Source of the DNA: Flavobacteriaceae bacterium
GTDB taxonomy: Bacteria; Bacteroidota; Bacteroidia; Flavobacteriales; Flavobacteriaceae
Direction: 5' to 3'
Assembly (NCBI GenBank): GCA_009886265.1
Contig: QXZR01000099.1
Coordinates: forward strand, 1 to 45,876
Length of the DNA: 45,876 nt
Shown: in pieces, positions 30,408 through 39,341 of the stretch
How the letters are laid out: the number at the start of each line of letters is the position of its first letter
How positions within the stretch are numbered: the first letter of the stretch is position 1
Position numbers and translations under genes: made by a program
Notes under the pieces: model-generated
Database searches by the model: none
Told to the model about the DNA's origin: nothing
Seen by the model: the letters and a program-made list of their open reading frames with translations, nothing else

Positions 30408-31152
30408 TGGGCTGAACACTGCTTCTTGGAATCCAACCTATAGAACCATTTTGAAGTTTGATTTTAATCCAATCCTCTACACCTTCCACAATAAAAACCT
30501 TAGCTCCTTCGTGAATGGTGAGCAATACTTCTGATCGCATATTGGGTTCTGCACGAAAAGACTCCGATTGCACAAAAACAATAGCAGGATTGGTGTTGCG
30601 CAGGGTGTTTTTTTGCTGCAATATAATGACCAAAGTCAAAATGGATAGTAGCAAGGAAATAACAAATCCAGTGAAGAACAGCCTTTTTCGGATGCTGCTG
30701 TTGGATCTTTTAAACAAAAAGAATAAAAGTGCTGCCAACCAAAAAACAGCGATAAGCACCATGCTCCAACCACGAACAGATGTAAGGAACACCAAGTCGG
30801 CAGTTGCCTTTTTTAACTCACTTTCTGGCAGCGACGTAAACCTGTCTAGCGTCATGTTTTGCGCATAGACTAAGTTGTTAATTAATTGCTCGTTGCCTGC
30901 ATCCAACAATAGGGCTTTTTCGTAGTTCAATATGCTGGAAGCTATTGCGTTCTTTTTGTAGTAAGCATTTCCGAGGTTAAAGTACAATTCTGGTGAATGA
31001 ACGCCCAAAGAACTGACAGAATCGTAATAGACAATGGCACGGTCATAAGCCCCTTTATTGTAGGCAATATTACCCTCTCTAAAAAGATCTTCTGGGTCTT
31101 GCCCAAAACAAGTCAAGCAAGAAAAAAGTGCAAGAAGTAAGATGTTTTTCAT
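30388..31152 (-). CDS. batE: BatE-like protein (TPR + TM + C-terminal SH3-like domain)
   Basis: 254 aa. TPR repeats (YNKGAYDRAIVYY, LGNAYYKKN), two TM helices and an SH3_3-like end (VEDWIKIKLQNGSIGWIP). It is the last gene of the Bat operon. Confidence 0.8.
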   Translation of the reverse strand: MKNILLLALFSCLTCFGQDPEDLFREGNIAYNKGAYDRAIVYYDSVSSLGVHSPELYFNLGNAYYKKNAIASSILNYEKALLLDAGNEQLINNLVYAQNMTLDRFTSLPESELKKATADLVFLTSVRGWSMVLIAVFWLAALLFFLFKRSNSSIRKRLFFTGFVISLLLSILTLVIILQQKNTLRNTNPAIVFVQSESFRAEPNMRSEVLLTIHEGAKVFIVEGVEDWIKIKLQNGSIGWIPRSSVQPISFAEE

Positions 31153-32900
31153 GACTTAAATTGTTTGTCCATTTGGGTTATGGCAGCTACAGCTGTTTCG
31201 TAGTCTTGCTGCATGCTGCTGCGAGAACTTGGCGCATAACGGGCAAGCTCACAGTTGGTCAAAACTTGAATAAACAAGGTTACAGTATCTTTTTCAACGC
31301 CTTTATCGGAAAGCAGCGTTTGCATTTTCTCTTTGCTAAAATCATCGGTTTGTATCTGTAGTCTAGCCTTTAGATAATTGTGGAGTGCAGCTTCAAGCGA
31401 AACATAAAAAGCGGAAGCCTCGGACATGTTTTTCTTGGCCTTGCCCAAAAACTTTTTAACCAAGCGCGCATTATGCCGTCTTGCAATTGCCGTGGCGTCG
31501 GGCGTTTGACTGCGTATTATAAAATACAACAGAAGGAGTATGACAGGAAAAGCCAACAGGGCAAAAAACAATGCGCTGCCAAAGAAGGGCAATTGCTTTA
31601 TGGATTTAAAAGAAGTTTGCTGTGCAATAAACTGAAAAGAACCTGCAACATTTGGAACAGCTACTGTGGATGCGTTAGGCGCATTGACCACGGGCGTTGC
31701 TGCCTTTGGGCCTTCAAGTACGCCTATAATCAACTCCACTGATTCTAGTGTTTTGTATGTTTTTGCCTTGGGGTCAAAATAGCTAAATGCAACAGGAGGA
31801 ATGGGGTATTTCCCCTGAAACTGCGGAACCAATGTATAGGTGTTCTTTATTGAACCTCGCATGCCCGAAAGCGTTGTGTTCACTTGTTCGCTGTATTCGG
31901 GATCGTAACGCTCAAGTGCACTTGGAGTAGCCATTTCTGGTAATGAAAACAACTTGAGATTACCTTTCCCTTTCACCTCCACCGTTGCTTGGAGCGATTC
32001 CGAAGCATTGAGTGCGTTTTTAGATGTTTTTACTTCAAAGCTAAAGTCACCCACGGCGCCGTTAAAATTGGTCGGCTTGCCCTCGTCAGGAAATGGCAAT
32101 ACCGTTAGGGTACGCTTGCCAGCTGTTATGGTTCGTGAAACTTGAGTGTAAACCTGATTTCCAAAAAAGTCTCTGCGGTTGGTCGGAACGTCTAGTTGCA
32201 CGTCTAATGAAAGTGGGGCTATAGGTAGTTTGCCTGCCCGTTGTGGATAGAGAACGGTTTGTTGCCATGCCACATAATTATACAACTTGCCTTTGAACAT
32301 TTCCCTTTCAATGGTTCGTCTAGAAGGTATGTCTTGCGACCAAAAGTCGTTGTATTCAGGCATGTCAATGGGGTTGACATCGGATGGCCTCACTTTACTA
32401 TCAAAGTAAAGTTTGTACACCACCGTTATCGGTTCGTTTATATAAACCTTTCTTTTGGATAGTGCAGCAACCAAATGAAGGCTTTCAGACGCTATGTAGT
32501 TTGGGTCATTTGGGTTTTTGGGAAGCTCAACTGCATCTTTAACCTGTATGTCAACAGGTATTGTTTTATAGATGCTTCCGTCTATTTCAATTGTTGCCTG
32601 TCCAATGGTAATTTTCCCCTTTTTAAGTGGGATTAGTAAATAGGTGTAGGTTTTAGAAAAAGAGCTCTTGCCGTTAGCATAAATATTGCTCACCGACTGA
32701 CTGGGTCCTGCTGCAATACGAAATCCATTAAAAGAAGGCGGTTTAAAATTATCCCCCTCCTTGTTCATGCTAAACTCTATTCGTAGTCGCTCATTAATAC
32801 CAAGCTCACTCTTGCTTATTTGAGCTTTAAAATCTACCTGCGCAAAAGCAATAGGAGATAGCACCATAGTCAGAAAACAACAAATAAGCAGCTGTCTCAT
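31149..32900 (-). CDS. batD: BatD-like oxygen-tolerance protein
   Basis: ~583 aa with a signal peptide, a large extracytoplasmic domain, one TM near residue 460 and a helical tail. ATG 32900 overlaps the batC stop by 1 nt (TAATG). The track start at TTG 32906 is less likely. Confidence 0.8.
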   Translation of the reverse strand: MRQLLICCFLTMVLSPIAFAQVDFKAQISKSELGINERLRIEFSMNKEGDNFKPPSFNGFRIAAGPSQSVSNIYANGKSSFSKTYTYLLIPLKKGKITIGQATIEIDGSIYKTIPVDIQVKDAVELPKNPNDPNYIASESLHLVAALSKRKVYINEPITVVYKLYFDSKVRPSDVNPIDMPEYNDFWSQDIPSRRTIEREMFKGKLYNYVAWQQTVLYPQRAGKLPIAPLSLDVQLDVPTNRRDFFGNQVYTQVSRTITAGKRTLTVLPFPDEGKPTNFNGAVGDFSFEVKTSKNALNASESLQATVEVKGKGNLKLFSLPEMATPSALERYDPEYSEQVNTTLSGMRGSIKNTYTLVPQFQGKYPIPPVAFSYFDPKAKTYKTLESVELIIGVLEGPKAATPVVNAPNASTVAVPNVAGSFQFIAQQTSFKSIKQLPFFGSALFFALLAFPVILLLLYFIIRSQTPDATAIARRHNARLVKKFLGKAKKNMSEASAFYVSLEAALHNYLKARLQIQTDDFSKEKMQTLLSDKGVEKDTVTLFIQVLTNCELARYAPSSRSSMQQDYETAVAAITQMDKQFKS

Positions 32901-33721
32901 TACCAATCTTTTTTGCTTTTAACACCCGCGGGCTTTGCCTTCTGGGCATTGACTTTGTCTTGTACTTTTTTCTCCTCGTTGCTCATGGCTTCAAGCAAGT
33001 TCTTTACCTGTTGGGGTGATAATTGCGTAGGGTTTCCTTGGGGTTGTTGTTGGTCTTTTTCCTTGTCGCCCTTTTTGTCTTGATCTTTAGGTTCATCTTT
33101 TTTGTTGTCCTTTTCGTTTTCCCCCTCATCGTCAGAGCCTTCTTTTTTATCCTTATCCTTGTCGCCTTCTTTATCTTTGTCCTTGTCCCCTTTTTTGTCT
33201 TGGTCTTTGTTATTCTTGTTGTCTTGATTATCCTTATTGTCCTGATCTTTCTGGTCGTCCTTTTGGTCGTCTTTATTTTCCTCGTCTTCCAGCATTTTTT
33301 TAGCTAAGGCATAATTGTAGCGTGTTTCATCATCATTGGGGTTGTTACGAAGCGCATTTTTATACGCTTCAACGGCTCCTTTATACTCCTTTATTTGCAT
33401 TAGGGCATTGCCAATGTTGTGAAAGTTTCGGTGTTTGTTTGGACGTTCTTTCGTGATTTCAACCGCATCGGCATATACCGATAGGGCCTCTGCTACATAG
33501 TTGTCTTGTTGCAAGGTGGTTCCCATATTGTACTGCGCAATGTCTTTTTTTAGACCCGTGGCAGTAGCCCTGCGGTAATTCTTTTCCGCCTCGACATTAT
33601 TTGATGCATCAAAAGCTTGATTGCCATCATAGATATAATTGTCTGCTTTTTGAACAAGGGGAACCTCCTGTCCTAAAACAATAAATGGGAATAGCAGTAT
33701 GGTGATCAACAGCCTAAGCAT
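32900..33721 (-). CDS. batC: BatC-like TPR protein with Lys/Asp-rich disordered region
   Basis: 273 aa. Signal/anchor, TPR repeats, then a ~80-aa K/D/E/Q/N low-complexity segment. Confidence 0.8.
   Translation of the reverse strand: MLRLLITILLFPFIVLGQEVPLVQKADNYIYDGNQAFDASNNVEAEKNYRRATATGLKKDIAQYNMGTTLQQDNYVAEALSVYADAVEITKERPNKHRNFHNIGNALMQIKEYKGAVEAYKNALRNNPNDDETRYNYALAKKMLEDEENKDDQKDDQKDQDNKDNQDNKNNKDQDKKGDKDKDKEGDKDKDKKEGSDDEGENEKDNKKDEPKDQDKKGDKEKDQQQPQGNPTQLSPQQVKNLLEAMSNEEKKVQDKVNAQKAKPAGVKSKKDW
33044..33292 (-). repeat. Low-complexity coding repeat (KD/KE/DQ units) inside batC
   Basis: Encodes EDEENKDDQKDDQKDQDNKDNQDNKNNKDQDKKGDKDKDKEGDKDKDKKEGSDDEGENEKDNKKDEPKDQDKKGDKEKDQ. Short imperfect tandem units are visible at the DNA level. 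Confidence 0.85.
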
Positions 33722-34745
33722 CTTGGAACAAATTTAGTTTTTTAACCCACTGGGTTTTGCGATAGAATAAAAATAAGTCAAGTACAATCAAAATCAATCC
33801 AATACCTAAAAACCATTGAAACTGATCTTTAAATTTCGCAAATTGTTTTGCTTCAAACTCTTGTTTATCCATCTGCTTAAGACGGTCAATAATGGATGTT
33901 ACCACCTCCTCGGTGTTACTGCCGTCCAAAAACAAGCCGTCGGTTTCTTTTGCTATGGACTCCATCTGTTCAAAATCGCTTTTTGTAATAACCACCTCTC
34001 CCTTGTCATCTTTCTTATAAGAAGTGGAATTCCCTTTGGTTATGGGAATTACAGACCCTTTTTCAGTACCAACAACCACTGTAAAAAACGTAATCCCCAG
34101 TTGGGCAGCACGTGATGCTGCTGCCAAAGCGTCATCGCCATGATCTTCACCGTCAGAAATAATACACACCACACGGTTGGTTTGATTTTCGTCGTCGAAA
34201 TAGGTTTCCGCCAAGCGCATGGCTGCGGAAATGGCCGTCCCTTGGGATGAAATCATGTTGGTGTCCAATGACGACAAAAACAATCGAGCTGCGGCATAGT
34301 CTGTTGTAATGGGCAAATGCGGAATAGCCGATGAGGCATAGGCAATGATACCCACGCGGTCGCTTACCAATTGATTGATCAGCTCCCCCGCAAGGCGCTT
34401 GGCCTTTTCCAATCTATTTGGCGCAATGTCTTCTGCCAGCATACTCTTAGACACATCAATGGCAAATACCAAATCTACGCCCTCTCTTTTAACGGTCTCA
34501 AGCTCAGTGCCAATCTGTGGATTGACCAAGCCCAAACATATAAAAGCCCAGCCCAGCCAAAACAAAATTTGCTTAAGCCAGCCTTTAAACGAAGAGCGTT
34601 CTGGAGCTATGTGATCTATCATTTTTGCAGATGCCAACGATTTTAACACCCGCTTTTTCCAAAGGCTAAAAAGCACATAGCCCAATACCATTAGCGGTAT
34701 GAGCAATAGCAAATAGAAATACTGTGGCTGTTCGTATTGTATCAT
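33714..34745 (-). CDS. batB: BatB-like von Willebrand factor A domain membrane protein
   Basis: 343 aa. Two N-terminal TM helices, a VWA MIDAS motif (AIDVSKSM) and a C-terminal TM. Confidence 0.85.
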   Translation of the reverse strand: MIQYEQPQYFYLLLLIPLMVLGYVLFSLWKKRVLKSLASAKMIDHIAPERSSFKGWLKQILFWLGWAFICLGLVNPQIGTELETVKREGVDLVFAIDVSKSMLAEDIAPNRLEKAKRLAGELINQLVSDRVGIIAYASSAIPHLPITTDYAAARLFLSSLDTNMISSQGTAISAAMRLAETYFDDENQTNRVVCIISDGEDHGDDALAAASRAAQLGITFFTVVVGTEKGSVIPITKGNSTSYKKDDKGEVVITKSDFEQMESIAKETDGLFLDGSNTEEVVTSIIDRLKQMDKQEFEAKQFAKFKDQFQWFLGIGLILIVLDLFLFYRKTQWVKKLNLFQDA

Positions 34746-35743
34746 GCCAGCGCTGATTTAAAAAGTGTAATACGCAAAAGCCATTCCAAAAACAATGCAG
34801 CCATTGCCGCAAATACAAACCACCTAAACTTTTCGTGGTATTTGGTATAACGGATTTCTTCTACATCTGTTCGTTCTAATTTGTCTATCTCCTTGTAGAT
34901 AGCTGCTAGTTTTTTGTTGTCGGTTGCGCGGTAGTAGCTGCCGCCCGTTTCCGCGGCAATAGACTTAAGTAACTCCTCATCAATTTCAACCTTTCGCAAT
35001 TGATACACAAAAGTGCCGTCTTGACGTAGGGCAACAGGCGCAGGTGCGCTACCGTTGCTGCCCAATCCAATGGTATAGGTTTTAATGCCATATGTACTTG
35101 CAAGACCCGCCGCTGTCTTGGGGTCTACAAAACCGGTGTTGTTTACGCCGTCTGTAAGCAAGATGATTACCTTGCTCTTGGCTTTGCTGTCGCGCAATCG
35201 GTTTACAGCAGTGGCTAGCCCCATCCCAATGGCCGTTCCGTCGTTGATCACGCCATCATAGCTAACCTTGTTAAGTACATCAATCACCAAGGCCTTGTCT
35301 GAAGTTATGGGTGTTTTAGTATAGCTTTCGCCTGCATATACCACCAAGCCTATACGGTCTGTTTCCCTTTTGGCAATAAAGTCTGCCGCCACCTTTTTAA
35401 GAGCCGCCAAGCGGTTGGGCTTTAGGTCGCGTGCCAACATACTGGACGAAACATCTATGGCAATAACAATATCTATTCCTTTGTTTGTTTTGGTTTGGGT
35501 GCTGACGTCTTGTGTTTGTGGGCGCGCCAAAGCGGTTACAATGAGAGCAATGGCCAACAGCCGCAACACCAACAATATAGGGCGCCATTTGGCTAAACTG
35601 CCCGACTTGGAAAAAGAATCAATGCTAGAGCTAAGCAAATGCGCCACTTGTTTTTTTCGCGAAACTATATGCCATGCCATTAGTAGGGGTATCAGCAATA
35701 GGCCCCAGAAAAAATCAGGATATGCAAACGTGTAATCCATCAT
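34742..35743 (-). CDS. batA: BatA-like von Willebrand factor A domain membrane protein
   Basis: 333 aa. Two N-terminal TM helices, a VWA MIDAS motif (AIDVSSSM...LLTDGVNN) and a C-terminal TM. Confidence 0.85.
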   Translation of the reverse strand: MMDYTFAYPDFFWGLLLIPLLMAWHIVSRKKQVAHLLSSSIDSFSKSGSLAKWRPILLVLRLLAIALIVTALARPQTQDVSTQTKTNKGIDIVIAIDVSSSMLARDLKPNRLAALKKVAADFIAKRETDRIGLVVYAGESYTKTPITSDKALVIDVLNKVSYDGVINDGTAIGMGLATAVNRLRDSKAKSKVIILLTDGVNNTGFVDPKTAAGLASTYGIKTYTIGLGSNGSAPAPVALRQDGTFVYQLRKVEIDEELLKSIAAETGGSYYRATDNKKLAAIYKEIDKLERTDVEEIRYTKYHEKFRWFVFAAMAALFLEWLLRITLFKSALA

Positions 35744-37323
35744 GGTTTTTCCTTTTTAAATTCGATGCTGTTCAGCATTCGGGTAATGAGTTCTTTCGCA
35801 TAGCGATCGTTTCGATCGTAAACCAACTGAAGCTGCTGAAAGCCTTTGTTTTCAGTAAAGTGATAAACCTCATAGGTTTTACGCTGGGTGTCTTTGTTCT
35901 TTTTGGTCCAATCGAAAGAGCCCGAAGCCACAATTCCCTCAATTCCTGAGGTTGTTTTGTAGTCGTTCTGTTTTTGAAAAATATTGGTCGCTCCCATACT
36001 GTCAAAAGTGCCAATCACCTTGTCTACTTTTTGCTGCAAGTCGATGGTTTGTTCCTCTTCTGCTGTCGAATGCTCCATGTGTAGCACTATCATAAATGCA
36101 TCTTCCAAAGAACCCAATACAAATTGCTGATTTAGGCGGTTTTGGGTGGTCTTTCTACTTAAGACATCCGGAGAGTTTAGTACCATGTCAGAAATGCCAT
36201 AGGTACTCGAAACCCATTCTTGTTGCAGCCACTTTAACGTTGGATGTCCAAACACGCGATCCTTGGCCTGGACGGCGCCATAATTGTAAATCATGATACC
36301 CGCGGCAATGGCTAATACTCCCAAAAAAGAAAAGCCTGCAATTTTAAAACGCTGAAGCTGTTGTTGCTTGCGGCGCATTCGGGCATAGGCCTCATTTTGT
36401 AAGCGTTCTTCTTCTGTTGGTTCAGGCAATGCCTCCTTGGTGTCTTTAACAACCAATTCAATTTTTTCTCGATCCAATCGCGCCAAATATTCTTCCGGAA
36501 GGGCACGTGCAAACTTAACCAGATCGGCTGTTGACAATACCTCCTTCAGTTGATCAATTGTTGCGTTTGTCAGTTCAAGGTTACCCGTGTCTCGCAATAA
36601 CTCCAACTTTGTTAAAAGTTCTTCAGAAGTGCTTTCTAACGCATCAATATTGGTCTCGTCTTCTAAATAGTTACGGACAATGTCCGTCATTTCAGAGTAG
36701 TAATCTTTATAGGCCTCTTGTTTGTCTAGTTGTTTGGATTCCAGTGCCTGCAAAGCTTGTAGGGCGCGCTCAAAAGGCGGCATTTTTTCTCGCTTGGCAC
36801 GAATGCGTTTTTGGGTTTTTACAACAAAAAAATAGAGCAGTACAAGGGCGATTAAAATCAAAAACCCATAGCTATATGGCTTCCACCAACCTGTGGTATT
36901 TTTGGCCATGGGCAAAATAGTCTTAATCGGAAAAAGGGGTTGTTCCAAGGTGTCTACTACCACGTCCTTAACCCTTACCAAAAGGGAATCTGTTTTAAAC
37001 ACTTCTCCATCTACAACCACAATTTGCTGAGGTAGGGTAAACTGCCCTGAATCAAACTGGATGACCGCATAGGTCTTGGAATATGTAAATGTATTTGCTG
37101 CAACGGTGGTATCAACAGCTGTGCTGTCTATAACCTCAAAAGGGGCAAATGCCTTGAGCGGCGGAAACTGTATGCTTGCTTGTTTGTCGGTGGACACAAC
37201 CAAGTCGAGGTTTATTTGCTCTGCCAAGCGCACCTCAAGCGTATCGGCCGTAAGGCTTACTTGCGTTTGGGCCATGCTCCAACACGAGACTAACAAAAGC
37301 AAAAAACGTATCCCTTTATCCAC
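35740..37323 (-). CDS. Bat-operon membrane protein: BatD-like N-domain + DUF4381-like TM/helical region + unassigned C-terminal domain
   Basis: 527 aa. Signal peptide. Residues ~20-125 align by eye with the BatD N-terminus (..SKTYAVIQFDSGQFTLP..VVDGEVFKTDSLLVRVKDV vs ..SKTYTYLLIPLKKGKITIG..EIDGSIYKTIPVDIQVKDA). TM helices near residues 150 and 330. The last ~180 aa are unassigned. Confidence 0.7.
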   Translation of the reverse strand: MDKGIRFLLLLVSCWSMAQTQVSLTADTLEVRLAEQINLDLVVSTDKQASIQFPPLKAFAPFEVIDSTAVDTTVAANTFTYSKTYAVIQFDSGQFTLPQQIVVVDGEVFKTDSLLVRVKDVVVDTLEQPLFPIKTILPMAKNTTGWWKPYSYGFLILIALVLLYFFVVKTQKRIRAKREKMPPFERALQALQALESKQLDKQEAYKDYYSEMTDIVRNYLEDETNIDALESTSEELLTKLELLRDTGNLELTNATIDQLKEVLSTADLVKFARALPEEYLARLDREKIELVVKDTKEALPEPTEEERLQNEAYARMRRKQQQLQRFKIAGFSFLGVLAIAAGIMIYNYGAVQAKDRVFGHPTLKWLQQEWVSSTYGISDMVLNSPDVLSRKTTQNRLNQQFVLGSLEDAFMIVLHMEHSTAEEEQTIDLQQKVDKVIGTFDSMGATNIFQKQNDYKTTSGIEGIVASGSFDWTKKNKDTQRKTYEVYHFTENKGFQQLQLVYDRNDRYAKELITRMLNSIEFKKEKP

Positions 37324-38182
37324 GGCCTTTGAAATAGGTTAATAGTTTTTTGACGTAGCTTTCGTTAGTGGCACATGAAAGTGCTCCTGCGCCATATCTT
37401 GTGAACTGTGTGCTGAAATAATCAGCGGTTTTTCGGTGTGCAAGCGCATAGGCCGTGCGTACCGATTTTGATGAGCTGTTCACCCATTTATGCGCCGCTG
37501 TTTCCGCATCACGGACAAGCAATAGTCCTGCTTTTGGAAGTTTGGCTTCTATGGGATCATAAAGGCGAACGCCTGTAAGGTCGTGCTTTCTTGCAGCCAA
37601 CTGCACCGATTTGGAATAATCGTTGTCTAAAAAGTCAGACAACACAAATACAATAGCACGTTTTTTAAGAATGCGGCTCATAAACTCCAATGCGCCGGCA
37701 ATGTCTGTTTTGGTGCTTTTAGGGTGATGCTCCAAAAGCTCACGAATGATGCGCAATACGTATGATTTTCCCTTTTTGGGCGCAATAAATAATTCCACAT
37801 CGTCTGAAAACATCAGCAGCCCAACTTTATCGTTGTTCTGTAAGGCAGAAAAGGCAAGGGTGGCGGCAATTTCGGTAAGGGTATCGCGCTTGCGCTGTTC
37901 CAATGAACCAAAATCTGCAGAACCACTCACGTCTACTACCAGCATAAGCGTTAGCTCACGCTCTTCCTCAAATACTTTAACGTAGGGCTCTTGATAGCGC
38001 GCGGTAACATTCCAGTCAATGGCTCGGACATCATCGCCATATTGATATTGACGCACCTCGCTAAAGGTCATGCCACGACCCTTAAAGGTACTGTGATATT
38101 CCCCCCCAAAGATATGATTGCTCAATCGGCGGGTTTTGATTTCTATCTTCCGAACTTTCTTTAAAAGCTCTTTTGTATCCAT
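37316..38182 (-). CDS. DUF58-family protein (MoxR-associated, VWA-like)
   Basis: 288 aa. FKGRGMTFSEVRQYQYGDDVRAIDWN is the DUF58 signature. Confidence 0.9.
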   Translation of the reverse strand: MDTKELLKKVRKIEIKTRRLSNHIFGGEYHSTFKGRGMTFSEVRQYQYGDDVRAIDWNVTARYQEPYVKVFEEERELTLMLVVDVSGSADFGSLEQRKRDTLTEIAATLAFSALQNNDKVGLLMFSDDVELFIAPKKGKSYVLRIIRELLEHHPKSTKTDIAGALEFMSRILKKRAIVFVLSDFLDNDYSKSVQLAARKHDLTGVRLYDPIEAKLPKAGLLLVRDAETAAHKWVNSSSKSVRTAYALAHRKTADYFSTQFTRYGAGALSCATNESYVKKLLTYFKGRG

Positions 38183-38202
38183 AGCGAAAAGCTGTTTTTA
38201 GA

Positions 38203-39201
38203 CTAAGGCACCTCCACAGCGTTAACAATGCGCTGTATGATGTCTTCCGAGGTGACGTTCTCGGCTTCGGCTTCATACGTAATGCCAATACGGTGGCGCA
38301 ACACATCATAAACAACGGCACGAACATCTTCTGGAATCACATAGCCACGGCGCTTGATAAAGGCATAACATTTGGCAGCCGTTGCCAAATTGATACTGCC
38401 CCTTGGTGAGGCGCCAAAACTAATAAGTGGTTTTAAAGATTGTAATTTATATTTTTCAGGGTATCGCGTAGCGAAAACCAAGTCCAAGATGTACTTTTCA
38501 ATTTTTTCGTCCATATACACTTCGCGAACGGCCTTTTGCGCCTTGGAGATTTGCGCTGTACTGATCACGGGTTTTACCGTGCCAAAAGAGTCGTTAAGGT
38601 TGGCACGAACAATCTCTTGCTCATCTGAAAGATTTGGATAATCAATGATTACCTTGAGCATAAAACGGTCTACTTGGGCTTCTGGTAGTGGATAAGTTCC
38701 TTCTTGTTCCACTGGGTTTTGCGTGGCCATTACCAAAAATGGCGGCTTGAGCTTAAAGGTTTCGTCGCCAATGGTAACTTGCTTCTCTTGCATGGCTTCC
38801 AACAGGGCAGATTGCACCTTTGCAGGGGCTCTGTTGATCTCATCAGCCAATACAAAATTGGCAAATACTGGTCCTTTTTTTATGCTAAAATCATTCTCTT
38901 TAGCATTGTAAATCATGGTTCCTACTACATCCGCTGGAAGCAAGTCGGGTGTAAATTGAATACGGCTAAAGCTTCCTTTAACTGCCTTGCTTAAAGTGTT
39001 GATGGCAAGAGTCTTGGCTAGTCCTGGAACACCCTCTAGCAGTATGTGTCCTTGTCCCAACAAGCCAATAAGCAAACGTTCTACCATTTGTTTTTGACCT
39101 ACGATGACCTTGTTCATCTCAAGCGTTAGGATGTCAATGAAAGCGCTTTCTTTTTCTATGTGCTCGTTAAGTGCCTTGATATCTACAGCGTTATCGCTCA
39201 T
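38203..39201 (-). CDS. moxR: MoxR-family AAA+ ATPase
   Basis: 332 aa. Walker A GVPGLAKT, Walker B FVLADEINRA and MATQNPVEQEGTYPLPEAQ.DRF, typical of AAA_3/MoxR. Confidence 0.95.
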   Translation of the reverse strand: MSDNAVDIKALNEHIEKESAFIDILTLEMNKVIVGQKQMVERLLIGLLGQGHILLEGVPGLAKTLAINTLSKAVKGSFSRIQFTPDLLPADVVGTMIYNAKENDFSIKKGPVFANFVLADEINRAPAKVQSALLEAMQEKQVTIGDETFKLKPPFLVMATQNPVEQEGTYPLPEAQVDRFMLKVIIDYPNLSDEQEIVRANLNDSFGTVKPVISTAQISKAQKAVREVYMDEKIEKYILDLVFATRYPEKYKLQSLKPLISFGASPRGSINLATAAKCYAFIKRRGYVIPEDVRAVVYDVLRHRIGITYEAEAENVTSEDIIQRIVNAVEVP

Positions 39202-39318
39202 GTTTTTGATTTTTTAATTAGCGTTGCAAAATGTACAAAAATGTGCAGTGCACCTGTTAACATTTGGTTAAAAATAGGGCTTATCAAAGGTATTACAAAA
39301 AGTGTTGAAATAGCTCAC

Positions 39319-39326
39319 TAACTTTG
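39319..39326 (+). promoter_or_regulatory. Bacteroidota -7 promoter motif upstream of the AlbA_2-domain gene
   Basis: Exact TAACTTTG, 16 nt upstream of ATG 39342. Confidence 0.45.
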
Positions 39327-39341
39327 CATTAAACATTTGTG

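Noticed and set aside
33023-33307. 94-aa extremely hydrophobic + strand ORF (F/L/I/V-rich) that looks like a multi-TM peptide.
   Set aside because: It is the exact antisense of the batC Lys/Asp-rich tract: AAA/AAG/GAT/GAC codons read backwards give TTT/CTT/ATC/GTC. This is a composition artefact.
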